In this document: positions 9,398 through 19,223 of the stretch, in pieces | How the letters are laid out: each line of letters opens with the position of its first letter | Position numbering within the stretch: the stretch's first letter is position 1 | From: Candidatus Omnitrophota bacterium | Lineage (GTDB): Bacteria > Omnitrophota > Gorgyraeia > Zapsychrales > Fredricksoniimonadaceae | Assembly: GCA_016201795.1 (NCBI GenBank) | Contig: JACQCF010000018.1 | Span: forward strand, 2,820 to 66,819 | Length of the DNA stretch: 64,000 nucleotides | Direction of reading: 5' to 3' | Notes under the pieces: model-generated | Database searches by the model: none | What the model was told of the DNA's origin: nothing | Seen by the model: the letters and a program-made list of their open reading frames with translations, nothing else | Program-made: the position numbers and the translations under genes

Positions 9398-10558
9398 TTA
9401 AATTTCTTCCAAAATTATTTCTGCCGCGCGACGGCTGGCGCCGGGGGCACCTAAAGAGGTTTTGATTTTGGCGAGTTCTACTTTGAGCAGCTGTTGTCTG
9501 GTTTGATCTTTAAGAAGAGTATTGATAGAGCTGGCAATTTGTTCTGCATTGGCCTCATTTTGAATCAGTTCATCCACGATTTTTCGTCCGGCCACCACAT
9601 TCACTAAACCGATATAAGGAATTTTCACCACGGCTTTGGCAATCGCATAGGTAAGCCAGGACGTTTTATAAATAATGACCATGGGTTTATTCAAAAGCGC
9701 GGTTTCCAAAGTCGCAGTTCCTGAGGCGACGATCGCCGCATCCATGGCGTTGATGCCATCGTAGGGGGTACCTTCGTAAATTTTAATCGGTAAAGATGTT
9801 TGAATATACCGCTTTAGGCTATCTTTGTTAATCGTGGGCGCTTTTAATAGCAGAAATTGTCGACGATGATCAAGGTTATAGAGTTTTTGGGCAGCCTCTA
9901 ACATGACCGGCAAATGCCGCTCAATTTCTTTTTGGCGCGAGCCGGGCATCAGACCAATGGTCACGCGTCCTGTTTGCAGTCCGACGGATTGAAGAACATC
10001 TGCAGGGGATTGCTCAATTTTGATTTCATCCACCAAAGGGTGGCCCACATAATCCACGTTCATGCCATAGAGGGCATAGAGGTCCTTTTCGAAAACGAAA
10101 AGGACAATCATCCGATCGACGACTGTCTTGATTTGTTTAATACGTTTTTCCCGCCAGGCCCAGACTTGAGGGCTGATATAGTAAATCACTTTGACGGTTC
10201 GATTTTGCTCACCACTAGCAAAACGTTTTTTCAGTTGGGCGGCCAGGCGTAAATTAAAACCCGGATAGTCCACCAGAACCACCGCATCGGGTTTTTGTTT
10301 GTCGACTTCGCTCAAGATACGGTCAAAGACTTTTTTAATTCGGCCCAAATTTTTGAGAACTTCCGCTATGCCAATGACGGCCAGCGATGTGATGTTATCA
10401 AAAAGTTCAACCCCCGCCTCCTGCATACAATCGCCGCCTACTCCAGAGAATGTAATTTCAGAAGATAAGGCTTTGATGGCATTAACGAGCTTTCCCGCAC
10501 GGGTATCGCCCGAGGCTTCGCCGGCTATGATGATAAGATGCTTTTTTTGTGTTCCCAT
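9398..10558 (-). CDS. lpxB: Lipid-A-disaccharide synthase
   Basis: 386 aa. N-terminal IIAGEASGD and overall LpxB (GT19) similarity. Confidence 0.9.
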   Translation of the reverse strand: MGTQKKHLIIIAGEASGDTRAGKLVNAIKALSSEITFSGVGGDCMQEAGVELFDNITSLAVIGIAEVLKNLGRIKKVFDRILSEVDKQKPDAVVLVDYPGFNLRLAAQLKKRFASGEQNRTVKVIYYISPQVWAWREKRIKQIKTVVDRMIVLFVFEKDLYALYGMNVDYVGHPLVDEIKIEQSPADVLQSVGLQTGRVTIGLMPGSRQKEIERHLPVMLEAAQKLYNLDHRRQFLLLKAPTINKDSLKRYIQTSLPIKIYEGTPYDGINAMDAAIVASGTATLETALLNKPMVIIYKTSWLTYAIAKAVVKIPYIGLVNVVAGRKIVDELIQNEANAEQIASSINTLLKDQTRQQLLKVELAKIKTSLGAPGASRRAAEIILEEI

Positions 10559-11466
10559 ATTTTGTGTGTGATTTCTAAGGCGACCTTGAGGGCTTCCCTG
10601 GCTTCCACACCGGAGACTAAAGGCTTTTTGTCTTCGCGAATGCAGTCGATAAAATGTTCCAGTTCTTTTTGGAGCGGCTCTTCCTTTTCAATGGGCAGGG
10701 ATTTTCTATGAATGCCGTGGCTGTCCTTGGTGTAGATAAACGCCTCCTGTTTGGCATAGTCGAGGGAAATGTAGGCGTTTTGGATAAACATACGGATTTT
10801 ACGGGTCACCTCCGGCGAGATACGGCTGGCGGTAATATTGCACACGCAGCCGTTGGTAAAGCTCAGGCGTGCGTTGGCAATGTCTTCTTTGTCGGTTAAG
10901 ACATTGATCCCGACCGCTTGAATATCTTTGACACTCGAGCGCACCAGGCCCAAAATGATATCAATATCGTGGATCATCAGATCCATCACCACACCGATAT
11001 CCAGCGACCGATTAGGGAAAAGATTGAGCCGGTGGCATTCGACAAACAGAGGATTGGCCGCCAAAGGAGCAATGGCCACAAAAGCACTGTTAAAACGCTC
11101 CACATGGCCGACTTGTAATTTGACACGGTTTCTGTCGGCAGAATCAATCAGAATATCGGCTTCTTCTAAAGTATAGCTAATGGGTTTTTCGATAAAGGTG
11201 TGGATTTGATGCTCTAAAAAAAATTGCGCTATGGCCGCATGGGTGATCGTGGGAGTACAAATGCTAACGGCTTCGGCCTTTCCTAAGAGTTCTCGATAAT
11301 TTTGATAGTAGGGGACATGATATTGTCTGGCCAGAGGCTTACCCTTTTCGGGGTCGATGTCACAGACGGCGGTGATATTGACTTTTGGACGCAGAGCCTG
11401 AAACGTTTTTAAATGGCGTGCGCCTAAATGACCGCAGCCAATAAGGACCAAGTTTATTTTTTGCAT
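10525..11466 (-). CDS. Gfo/Idh/MocA-family NAD(P)-dependent oxidoreductase (possible GnnA-like UDP-GlcNAc 3-dehydrogenase)
   Basis: MQKINLVLIGCGHLGARH is a Rossmann motif, and EKP is the Gfo/Idh/MocA signature. The gene overlaps the lpxB 5' end and sits inside a lipid-A cluster. The start was placed at the ATG at 11466 to avoid overlap with divergent msbA. Confidence 0.8.
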   Translation of the reverse strand: MQKINLVLIGCGHLGARHLKTFQALRPKVNITAVCDIDPEKGKPLARQYHVPYYQNYRELLGKAEAVSICTPTITHAAIAQFFLEHQIHTFIEKPISYTLEEADILIDSADRNRVKLQVGHVERFNSAFVAIAPLAANPLFVECHRLNLFPNRSLDIGVVMDLMIHDIDIILGLVRSSVKDIQAVGINVLTDKEDIANARLSFTNGCVCNITASRISPEVTRKIRMFIQNAYISLDYAKQEAFIYTKDSHGIHRKSLPIEKEEPLQKELEHFIDCIREDKKPLVSGVEAREALKVALEITHKIWEHKKSILSS

Positions 11467-11526
11467 GATAAGGATAGTAACAAAGCGCTCGACAAAAGTC
11501 AAACCTCATGGTATCTTTGTGCCTTA

Positions 11527-13323
11527 ATGATGAAAAATTATTTAAAACTCCTGCAATTTCTCAAAGGCCATATAAAGCGTTTTATTTGGGCCATTTCTTT
11601 TATTTTGCTCTCATCGGTATTTGAAGGGGTGCAATTAACCCTCATGCTGCCGGTCATCGACCGCATTTTTACCAATAAAAAAATTATCATCCCCAACCAA
11701 GTCCCGGAATTGGTGACGAATATAGTCAACTATTTAAATTCCGTGGACAACCACACGCTTTTTTGGATCATTCCGCTGACTTTTTTGGTACTTTTTGTCA
11801 TCAAACAGGTGGTCAATTTCTGGTCGGATTATTTTATGAACGATGTGGCCCAGCGCGTAATGCGCGATGTGCGCTCCAGGCTTTTTGAGCGTATTCAAAC
11901 CCTTTCTCTGGATTACTTCAGTAAAAAAAGAACAGGAGAGCTGATTGCCCGCATCACCAACGATGTGGCCGTCATTGAAAACGCGGTCTCTTACGCGGTG
12001 ACTGATCTTTTGAAACAGCCGGTATTGGTCCTTATCTTTCTGGCGTTGGCTTTTACTTTTAATGTCCGCGGGACCTTGTTGATTTTTTTGATGGTGCCTT
12101 TTATTGCGATTCCCATGACTATTATCGGTAAAAAATTACGTAAACTTTCTAGAGGTCAACAGGAAAAAATGGCAGATATCAATTCGCTTCTGCTAGAGAC
12201 GATCTCCGGGGTGCGCATTCTCAAAGCCTTTGGCACCGAGCGTTATGAGATCAAACGGTTTAATCAGCAGAATCAGGACTTTTACAGGCTGCGTATGAAG
12301 GGTTTAAAAAATTTGATGCTGCTAGGGCCCATTACCGAGATGGTCGGGGCTATCTGCGGGGTGGCTGCTATCTTGATGTTAGGTAAAGATGTATTGAACG
12401 GCCAATTATCTTTTGGCGTGTTTTCTCTGTCGATTGTTTCCATTTTACAGGTCATTCGCCCCATCAAGAGAATGGCCAATGTGCAGGCCATTTTGCAGCA
12501 GGCTTTGGTAGCCAATGAGCGCATCTATGATGTTTTAGAAACCAAGCCTACGGTGGTAGAGAAACCTTCGCCTCTGGAGCTTGGGGCCTTGCAGCAGAAA
12601 ATTCAACTGGAGAACGTGTGTTTTAGTTATGAGACGGTCTCCGGTAATGTTTTGCAGGAGATTAACCTGACGATTAAAAAAGGTGAGCTGGTGGCCATTG
12701 TCGGACCTACAGGAAGCGGCAAGTCAACGCTGGTCAATTTAATTCCTCGGTTTTACGATGCCACCGCTGGCCGGGTGACGTTTGACGGGGTGGATGTCAG
12801 AGACGTTTCTTTTAAGTCTTTAAGAGGTCAGGTGGCCATTGTCACCCAGGAGGCGATTTTATTTAATGATACGGTGCGCAATAATGTTGCCTATGGGACT
12901 TTTGAGGTGACCATGGATCAGGTTCGGAAAGCTGCACAAATGGCCTTTGCCGATCATTTCATTGAAAAAATGCCTTTAGGCTATGAGACCATCATCGGAG
13001 ACCGCGGCTTCAGATTGTCCGGAGGCGAGAAGCAGCGTTTGACCATTGCCCGGGCTATTTTAAGAAATCCCCCGATTCTTATATTAGATGAAGCCACCTC
13101 TCAATTAGACTCCGAATCCGAAAAATTCGTTCAGGAAGCCCTGGATTCTTTGATGAAAGACCGTACGGTCATTGCCATTGCCCACCGGCTTTCCACGATT
13201 ATGCGGGCGGATAAGATTGTGGTGCTGGAAGCCGGCCGTACAGTTGGTTTAGGCAAGCACGATGAACTTCTTTTTACCTGTCCGTTGTACCGCCGCCTCT
13301 ACGAAACCCAGTTTCAGGTTTAG
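11527..13323 (+). CDS. msbA: ABC transporter permease/ATPase, MsbA-like lipid A flippase
   Basis: N-terminal 6-TM domain. The C-terminal NBD has Walker A GPTGSGKST, the signature LSGGEKQRLTIARAIL, and Walker B ILILDEAT. It is transcribed divergently from the lpxB cluster. Confidence 0.8.
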   Translation: MMKNYLKLLQFLKGHIKRFIWAISFILLSSVFEGVQLTLMLPVIDRIFTNKKIIIPNQVPELVTNIVNYLNSVDNHTLFWIIPLTFLVLFVIKQVVNFWSDYFMNDVAQRVMRDVRSRLFERIQTLSLDYFSKKRTGELIARITNDVAVIENAVSYAVTDLLKQPVLVLIFLALAFTFNVRGTLLIFLMVPFIAIPMTIIGKKLRKLSRGQQEKMADINSLLLETISGVRILKAFGTERYEIKRFNQQNQDFYRLRMKGLKNLMLLGPITEMVGAICGVAAILMLGKDVLNGQLSFGVFSLSIVSILQVIRPIKRMANVQAILQQALVANERIYDVLETKPTVVEKPSPLELGALQQKIQLENVCFSYETVSGNVLQEINLTIKKGELVAIVGPTGSGKSTLVNLIPRFYDATAGRVTFDGVDVRDVSFKSLRGQVAIVTQEAILFNDTVRNNVAYGTFEVTMDQVRKAAQMAFADHFIEKMPLGYETIIGDRGFRLSGGEKQRLTIARAILRNPPILILDEATSQLDSESEKFVQEALDSLMKDRTVIAIAHRLSTIMRADKIVVLEAGRTVGLGKHDELLFTCPLYRRLYETQFQV

Positions 13324-13331
13324 TTTTTTTA

Positions 13332-13360
13332 TTGACACTCTAAGTCCTTGTTGGTACTAT
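13332..13360 (+). promoter_or_regulatory. Sigma70-like promoter for the HU/IHF gene
   Basis: TTGACA (13332-13337), an exact 17-nt spacer, then TACTAT (13355-13360). Confidence 0.5.
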
Positions 13361-13399
13361 GGTTATGATTTTTTAAAAGAGTTCAGGGAGAAAAAATTT

Positions 13400-13672
13400 A
13401 TGACTAAAAAAGACATTGTATTAAGAATTACCGATGCTACCGGCATCAAGCAGGTGGACGTGAAAAAAATCGTGCAGAAGACCTTTGATGTGATCATCGA
13501 TGCTTTGATGAAGGGCGAAAAAGTGGAGTTGCGTAATTTCGGTGTGTTTAAAATCAAAGAACGCCGCGCCCGTTTTGGCCGCAATCCCCGCACAGGACAA
13601 AGCGTTCCTGTCCCTCCTCGGAAAGTGGTTGTCTTCAAATCCGGTCTGGAGATGAAGCAGAAGGTCAAATGA
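13400..13672 (+). CDS. HU/IHF-family DNA-binding protein
   Basis: 91 aa. The motif GEKVELRNFGVFKIKERRARFGRNPRTG is the HU/IHF arm signature. The RBS agggag lies upstream. Confidence 0.85.
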   Translation: MTKKDIVLRITDATGIKQVDVKKIVQKTFDVIIDALMKGEKVELRNFGVFKIKERRARFGRNPRTGQSVPVPPRKVVVFKSGLEMKQKVK

Positions 13673-14937
13673 TTCGTAAAATTGCCGTCCCTCGTGGGAC
13701 ATCCGATATACTCCCCGATACTGTTCTTCTCTGGGAAGAACTGGAATCCAAAGCCCGTAAGGTTTGTCAATCCTACGGCTACCGTGAAATTCGTACCCCC
13801 ATTTACGAAGCAACAGCTTTGTTCAAGCGTTCCTTGGGGTCAACTAGCGACATCATCAATAAACAGCTTTTGGAATTAAAAACTTCCGGAGAAGATTCCT
13901 ATACCCTGCGTCCGGAAGGCACGGCTTCGGTGGTGCGTTCTTACATTGAGAATAGTTTGGATTCCAGAGAAGGTTTATCTAAACTTTTTTACATCGGCCC
14001 CATGTTTCGCGGTGAGCGTCCGCAGAAAGGCCGCCTGCGTCAGTTTCATCAAATCGGGGTGGAGGCCATTGGCCCCAATTCCACTTCGCCCTATTTAGAC
14101 GCGGAGGCTATTGCTTTAAGCATTCATTTGCTTCGAGAATTTGGTGTTAAAGGTCATCATCTTAAGATTAATAGTTTAGGTTCCAAAGATGATAAAGCAC
14201 ATATCTCCAGCTGGCTTAGAGAGAAATTAGCATCGAGGGTCAATGATTTATGCAAAGAGTGCCATAGCCGTTATGAACACAATGTCTTTCGGGTGCTGGA
14301 TTGCAAAAACGAATCCTGCCGTCGTCTGGTCGATGCCTTAGTGAAAGATTTACCATTATCCGGGACAAGTCAAACTTATTTCCAGCAGGTGCAGGGGGCT
14401 TTAAAAGGCGCTGGTATTGATTTTGAAATTGCTCCGCATTTAGTCAGAGGTCTGGATTATTATACGCATACGGTTTTTGAAATCACCACCGACGGTCTGG
14501 GCAGTCAGGATGCCGTCGGTGCCGGCGGACGCTACAGCGGTTTAATGCATGAATTAGGCGGCAATGAAAAGATTGATTACGGGGCTATTGGTTTTGCGTT
14601 AGGGATTGAGCGGATTTTATTGGCTACCAGCGCTGTCCCGCCTATGGTGGGACAAGGCGCGGGGGTGGATGCTTTTGTGGTTGCCATGGATGAGGCGTAT
14701 CAGCCCCAAGCTTTTTTACTGGTTCAGCAGTTGCGTGGCGTTGGTTTGTCGGCGGATATGAATTATACCGGCGGCTCCATCAAATCGCAGATGAATAAAG
14801 CCAACAAAGCCAATGCGCGTTTTGCCGTTATTTTAGGGGAAGAGGAAATGAAGACCAAAACGGTCTCTGTGAAGAATATGCAGACAAGCACTCAAGAGCA
14901 AATACCCTGGGGACAAGTGGTAGAAAGGTTGAAGTAA
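13669..14937 (+). CDS. hisS: Histidine--tRNA ligase
   Basis: 422 aa with class II motifs and an N-terminus typical of HisS (RGTSDILP). There is an ATGA overlap with the HU gene. Confidence 0.9.
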   Translation: MIRKIAVPRGTSDILPDTVLLWEELESKARKVCQSYGYREIRTPIYEATALFKRSLGSTSDIINKQLLELKTSGEDSYTLRPEGTASVVRSYIENSLDSREGLSKLFYIGPMFRGERPQKGRLRQFHQIGVEAIGPNSTSPYLDAEAIALSIHLLREFGVKGHHLKINSLGSKDDKAHISSWLREKLASRVNDLCKECHSRYEHNVFRVLDCKNESCRRLVDALVKDLPLSGTSQTYFQQVQGALKGAGIDFEIAPHLVRGLDYYTHTVFEITTDGLGSQDAVGAGGRYSGLMHELGGNEKIDYGAIGFALGIERILLATSAVPPMVGQGAGVDAFVVAMDEAYQPQAFLLVQQLRGVGLSADMNYTGGSIKSQMNKANKANARFAVILGEEEMKTKTVSVKNMQTSTQEQIPWGQVVERLK

Positions 14938-16376
14938 TGCGTACGCATACCTGCGGTGAGCTTAATAAAACCCATAAAGACCAAGCAGCGATACTCTGCG
15001 GTTGGGTCCACCGTCGGCGTGATCACGGCAAATTGATCTTTATTGATATCAGAGACCGTTATGGCTTAACTCAAGTAGTTTTTGTCCCTTCAGTGAGCCC
15101 CCAAGCCTACGCAGAGGCGCAGAAATTAGGACCGGAGTTTGTGGTTAAGATCAAAGGAACGATCAATGTCCGTCCGCCCAAAAACGCCAATACTGAACTG
15201 GCAACGGGAGAAATAGAGCTTTTAGCCAAAGAGCTGGAAATTCTCAATACAGCCAAGGTGCCGGTGTTTGAAATCGAAGATACGCTGGAGGCGTCCGAAG
15301 ACGTTCGTTTGACTTACCGCTACCTGGACATCCGTCGCAGAAAAGTGCGCGAGTCTTTACTTTTGCGCCACAGGCTGTGCGCCAGTATCCGGTCTTTTTT
15401 GAACACCCAAAATTTTGTGGAAGTGGAAACTCCCGTATTAACCAAATCTACCCCCGAGGGGGCACGCGACTTTCTGGTGCCTTCGCGTTTGACGCCGGGG
15501 ACGTTTTACGCCCTGCCGCAGTCGCCGCAATTATTCAAACAGATTTTGATGGTCTCAGGCATGGATCGGTACTACCAGATCGTCAAGTGTTTTCGCGACG
15601 AGGATTTGCGTGCTGACCGCCAGCCGGAATTTACCCAGCTGGATATGGAAATGTCGTTTGTGGATCAAGATTTCATTTTCGATTTGACCGAGCGTATGTA
15701 CAAGCAGGTATTTAAGGAAGTGCTTAGCATCGACCTGGCGATCCCTTTTGCGAGGATGACCCACGCCGAGGCCATGGCAAAACACAACAGCGACAAACCT
15801 GATATCCGCAAGGATAAAAACAACCTCAAAGAATTTGCATTTTTGTGGGTTGTGGATTTCCCGTTATTGAAGTATAATCCCCAAGAAAAGCGTTGGGAAA
15901 GCGAGCATCACCCCTTTACCGGGATTCATCCCGATGATTTGCCGCTGTTGGAGGCTGGCCAATACGATAAGGTCCGCGGACGTTGTTATGATCTGGTTTT
16001 AAACGGTAATGAAATCGGCAGCGGTTCGGTGCGTATTCACCGACGAGAGCTCCAGCAGAAGATTTTTGACATTATTGGTATTGAACCACAGGAAGCTTTA
16101 AAGCGTTTTGGATTTTTATTGCGTGCCTTTGAATACGGAGCTCCGCCCCATGCGGGGGCGGCTTACGGCATTGACCGTATCGTGACGATTTTAACTGGCA
16201 ACGAATCCATCCGCGATTGTATCGCTTTTCCAAAAACCCAAAAGGGAACATGTTTGATGACGGAAGCCCCCTCAGGGGTGGATGGAAAACAATTGAAAGA
16301 ACTAGGAATCATGACGATTAACCCTTCGACTTCGTTCAGGGTTAATCCTGAGTGCAATCGAAGGATTAAAAAATGA
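14937..16376 (+). CDS. aspS: Aspartate--tRNA ligase, short form lacking the bacterial GAD insertion domain
   Basis: Motif 2 (FRDEDLRADRQPEFTQLD) and motif 3 (GAPPHAGAAYGIDRIV) are present. Only 479 aa, with no roughly 100-aa insertion between them. Confidence 0.85.
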   Translation: MRTHTCGELNKTHKDQAAILCGWVHRRRDHGKLIFIDIRDRYGLTQVVFVPSVSPQAYAEAQKLGPEFVVKIKGTINVRPPKNANTELATGEIELLAKELEILNTAKVPVFEIEDTLEASEDVRLTYRYLDIRRRKVRESLLLRHRLCASIRSFLNTQNFVEVETPVLTKSTPEGARDFLVPSRLTPGTFYALPQSPQLFKQILMVSGMDRYYQIVKCFRDEDLRADRQPEFTQLDMEMSFVDQDFIFDLTERMYKQVFKEVLSIDLAIPFARMTHAEAMAKHNSDKPDIRKDKNNLKEFAFLWVVDFPLLKYNPQEKRWESEHHPFTGIHPDDLPLLEAGQYDKVRGRCYDLVLNGNEIGSGSVRIHRRELQQKIFDIIGIEPQEALKRFGFLLRAFEYGAPPHAGAAYGIDRIVTILTGNESIRDCIAFPKTQKGTCLMTEAPSGVDGKQLKELGIMTINPSTSFRVNPECNRRIKK

Positions 16377-16391
16377 TAAGGAGATGACCCC

Positions 16392-16910
16392 ATGTTAACA
16401 AGACTTTTAAGCTTGCTGGTATTATTAGCCTTTATGGTTGGCTGCGGTATTAAAACCCAGACGTATGTAATGACCAAGGAACGCGTCGGTATTGAAAAAG
16501 GATCAGGCAATGCCGGGTATTTAACGGGTGAGCCTCAATACATTGAGCCTGCGAAAAAAACCCGTCAGATTTATGTGCTTGAGTTAAGTAAGGCTGTTGG
16601 TGAGAGTGAAGTTAAAAAAATTGAACAGGAAACAGCTGCCGCACCATCGAAGGCAGCAACTTCTGCGCCGGCTCCTTTGGAGCAGGCCGTGATTCCATCC
16701 AATGAAGATAAGTCATCAGCGACGGCGGCGGCCTTAAGCGGGGGGGTGGCCTATACCGTTCAAAAAGACGACACTTTGCAGAAAATCGCCAAGAAGCATT
16801 ATGGTTCCTACGGTAAATGGGTAAAAATTTACCAGGCCAACAAAGATAAAATTAAAGACCCTAATTTGTTAAAACCGGGTATGGTCATTACCATTCCGCC
16901 GGTGAAATAG
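16392..16910 (+). CDS. LysM-domain lipoprotein
   Basis: Lipobox LAFMVGC after a signal peptide, and a C-terminal LysM domain (YTVQKDDTLQKIAKKHYG…PGMVITIP). Confidence 0.75.
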   Translation: MLTRLLSLLVLLAFMVGCGIKTQTYVMTKERVGIEKGSGNAGYLTGEPQYIEPAKKTRQIYVLELSKAVGESEVKKIEQETAAAPSKAATSAPAPLEQAVIPSNEDKSSATAAALSGGVAYTVQKDDTLQKIAKKHYGSYGKWVKIYQANKDKIKDPNLLKPGMVITIPPVK

Positions 16911-16915
16911 AATAC

Positions 16916-17872
16916 ATGGACTTTCAACTGCAATTTGATAATAACCGAGACCTCCAGTTACTATTTGGCCGTTATGATCAAAACCTGAAAATCATCGAGA
17001 AAGAGCTGGGGATTAAAATTGTCCGTTCGCACGACGGGATTAAAATTTCCGGCCCTGACACGCAGGTCAATAAAGCCCATGAGCTCTTTAACTATTTGAT
17101 GACCTTTGTCGAGAAGGGCAAAGACGTCAAAAAAGCGGATATTGTTTATGCCTTGAGGCTCGTCGAGAAAGAAAAAGGTATTGATTTTAAGCGGCTGGCC
17201 AAGGAAAAAATTGAAGTCTCCGTCAAGGGCGGTTTGGTGACGCCCAAGACTAAAGGTCAGATTGAGTATGTCGAGGCGATTAAGACTCATGATTTGGTTT
17301 TCTGCATCGGCCCGGCGGGAACGGGCAAAACTTATTTAGCCATTGCCATGGCGGTCAATGCGCTCAAAAAAGGGCTGGTACGGCGTATTATCTTAACCCG
17401 TCCTGCCGTCGAGGCGGGGGAGAGTCTTGGTTTTTTGCCGGGGTCTATGGTAGAGAAAGTCCTGCCGTATCTGCGGCCTTTGTATGATGCGCTCTACGAC
17501 ATGATGGAGCCCGAGAAAGTTGAGCAGTACGGTGAACAAGGTATTATTGAGGTGGCACCCTTGGCATTTATGCGCGGCCGCACCCTTAATGAAGCCTTTG
17601 TCATTCTCGATGAAGCGCAGAACTCCAGGCCCGATCAGATGAAAATGTTTTTAACCCGCATGGGTTTTGATTCTAAAGTGGTTGTTATCGGAGATGTTAC
17701 CCAAAGCGACTTACCCAACACCGAAGGCAACGGGTTATCCGAGGCGCATAAGGTTTTAGGTCATCTGCCGGATATTAAGTTTATCCATTTGACCAGCGAC
17801 GATACGGTCCGCCACGAACTCGTGCAGAAAATTATTGAGGCCTATGGCAAATCAACCAACGGTTCCCGCTAA
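16916..17872 (+). CDS. phoH: PhoH-like ATPase
   Basis: Walker A GPAGTGKTYLA and PhoH-family conservation. Confidence 0.9.
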   Translation: MDFQLQFDNNRDLQLLFGRYDQNLKIIEKELGIKIVRSHDGIKISGPDTQVNKAHELFNYLMTFVEKGKDVKKADIVYALRLVEKEKGIDFKRLAKEKIEVSVKGGLVTPKTKGQIEYVEAIKTHDLVFCIGPAGTGKTYLAIAMAVNALKKGLVRRIILTRPAVEAGESLGFLPGSMVEKVLPYLRPLYDALYDMMEPEKVEQYGEQGIIEVAPLAFMRGRTLNEAFVILDEAQNSRPDQMKMFLTRMGFDSKVVVIGDVTQSDLPNTEGNGLSEAHKVLGHLPDIKFIHLTSDDTVRHELVQKIIEAYGKSTNGSR

Positions 17873-19223
17873 TTCTCAAACCATTTCCATCGACCAGAAG
17901 GTCATGCTGGCCGTCACCCTTTTGGGTACCATGGTTTTTTGTTATTTTTCAGGCCTTTCTCTTTTGATCCCGCTGTTGTTTTTCTTTTTTGGCTTGCATT
18001 TGTTTTACGTCCGCAAAACCAGTTGGCGGGTCTTTTTGCATTTGACCATGCTTCTGGTCATCTTAATGTTCAGCGTGCATATTCTCAAATCTTATGCCGC
18101 GATCTCTCTTTTTTATATTCCGGTGGCTAATGTGGCCATGATCACCACACTTCTTTATAATGACGTCCAGCTTTCTTTAGCCGTGTCGTTTATGGCTAGC
18201 AGCTTGATAGGTTTAATGGCAGGTTTTAGTTTGCCCGAGACGACGATTTTTTTTATGGGCAGTTTGTCCGGCGCCTATGCCGTTTTGGATGCGCGTACAC
18301 GGGGAGTATTTTTAAGAGCCGGTATTTTAATTGGATTTGTCCAGTTAATTTGTGCTCTGTTACTGAATATGGATTTGAGCTGGGGTCATTTTACCACCAC
18401 GCTCAAACCGCTTTTTCTCAATGGCATTTTATGTGCCATCCTGGTCATGGTGAGCCTAAAAATTTTTGAAATTATTTTTGGCGAGATTACGAATTTTACG
18501 TTGTTGGAATTATCGGATTCCTTGCATCCTCTTTTGAAACGTATGGTCCTCGAAGCTCCTGGTACCCATCATCACAGTTTGATCGTTAGCAATTTGGCGG
18601 AGGCGGCTGCGGATACCATCGGGGCGCAGGCTTTATTAACCCGTGTGGGTGCTTATTATCATGATATCGGTAAAATGGTCAACCCGCAATATTTTACCGA
18701 GAATCAAATAGTAGTGGGCAATAAACATGATGAGCTGGAGCCTTCCATGAGCCGTTTGGTGATCCTCAATCACGTCAAAGAGGGGGTGGAGCTCGCCAAA
18801 CAGTATAAACTCAATCAACGCATCATTGACTTTATCCCCGAACATCATGGCACAAGTTTGATTCATTATTTTTATCAAAAGGCTTTGACCGAAGGGGAAT
18901 CTCAAGAGATTGGGGAGCAGGATTATCGCTATCCCGGCCCCAAACCTAAAAGCAAAGAAACAGCGATTGTCATGCTGGCGGACTCCGTGGAAGGCGCCAC
19001 GCGCGCCATGGAAGAACATACCCCGCAGAAAATTGAGGATCTGGTGCGCAAAGTCATCAACAATAAATTTATCGATGGACAATTGGATGAATGTAATTTA
19101 ACCCTCAGAGAAATTGACGCAATTGCCTCCAGTTTTGTGCGTATCTTAAGCGCCATGTACCACAGCCGTGTGAAATATCCCGAAAAAACCAATGGACATC
19201 ACGGTCAGAAATCTTCAAAGTAA
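17835..19223 (+). CDS. 7TM-HD (HDIG) membrane phosphohydrolase, PgpH/YqfF family
   Basis: An N-terminal multi-TM region is followed by an HD domain (HHHSL…YYHDIGK). This is the canonical phoH / 7TM-HD / ybeY cluster. An alternative start is at 17844. Confidence 0.85.
   Translation: MRPMANQPTVPANSQTISIDQKVMLAVTLLGTMVFCYFSGLSLLIPLLFFFFGLHLFYVRKTSWRVFLHLTMLLVILMFSVHILKSYAAISLFYIPVANVAMITTLLYNDVQLSLAVSFMASSLIGLMAGFSLPETTIFFMGSLSGAYAVLDARTRGVFLRAGILIGFVQLICALLLNMDLSWGHFTTTLKPLFLNGILCAILVMVSLKIFEIIFGEITNFTLLELSDSLHPLLKRMVLEAPGTHHHSLIVSNLAEAAADTIGAQALLTRVGAYYHDIGKMVNPQYFTENQIVVGNKHDELEPSMSRLVILNHVKEGVELAKQYKLNQRIIDFIPEHHGTSLIHYFYQKALTEGESQEIGEQDYRYPGPKPKSKETAIVMLADSVEGATRAMEEHTPQKIEDLVRKVINNKFIDGQLDECNLTLREIDAIASSFVRILSAMYHSRVKYPEKTNGHHGQKSSK

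Noticed and set aside
9394-9400. The convergent purE/lpxB stops only 1 bp apart as a possible bidirectional terminator.
   Set aside because: There is no room for any hairpin. It is simply tight convergent packing.
11428-11526. Upstream extension of msbA (ORF-track start 11428) and of the HU gene (13262).
   Set aside because: The extensions overlap the divergent oxidoreductase gene and the msbA 3' end respectively. Conserved N-termini begin at 11527 and 13400.
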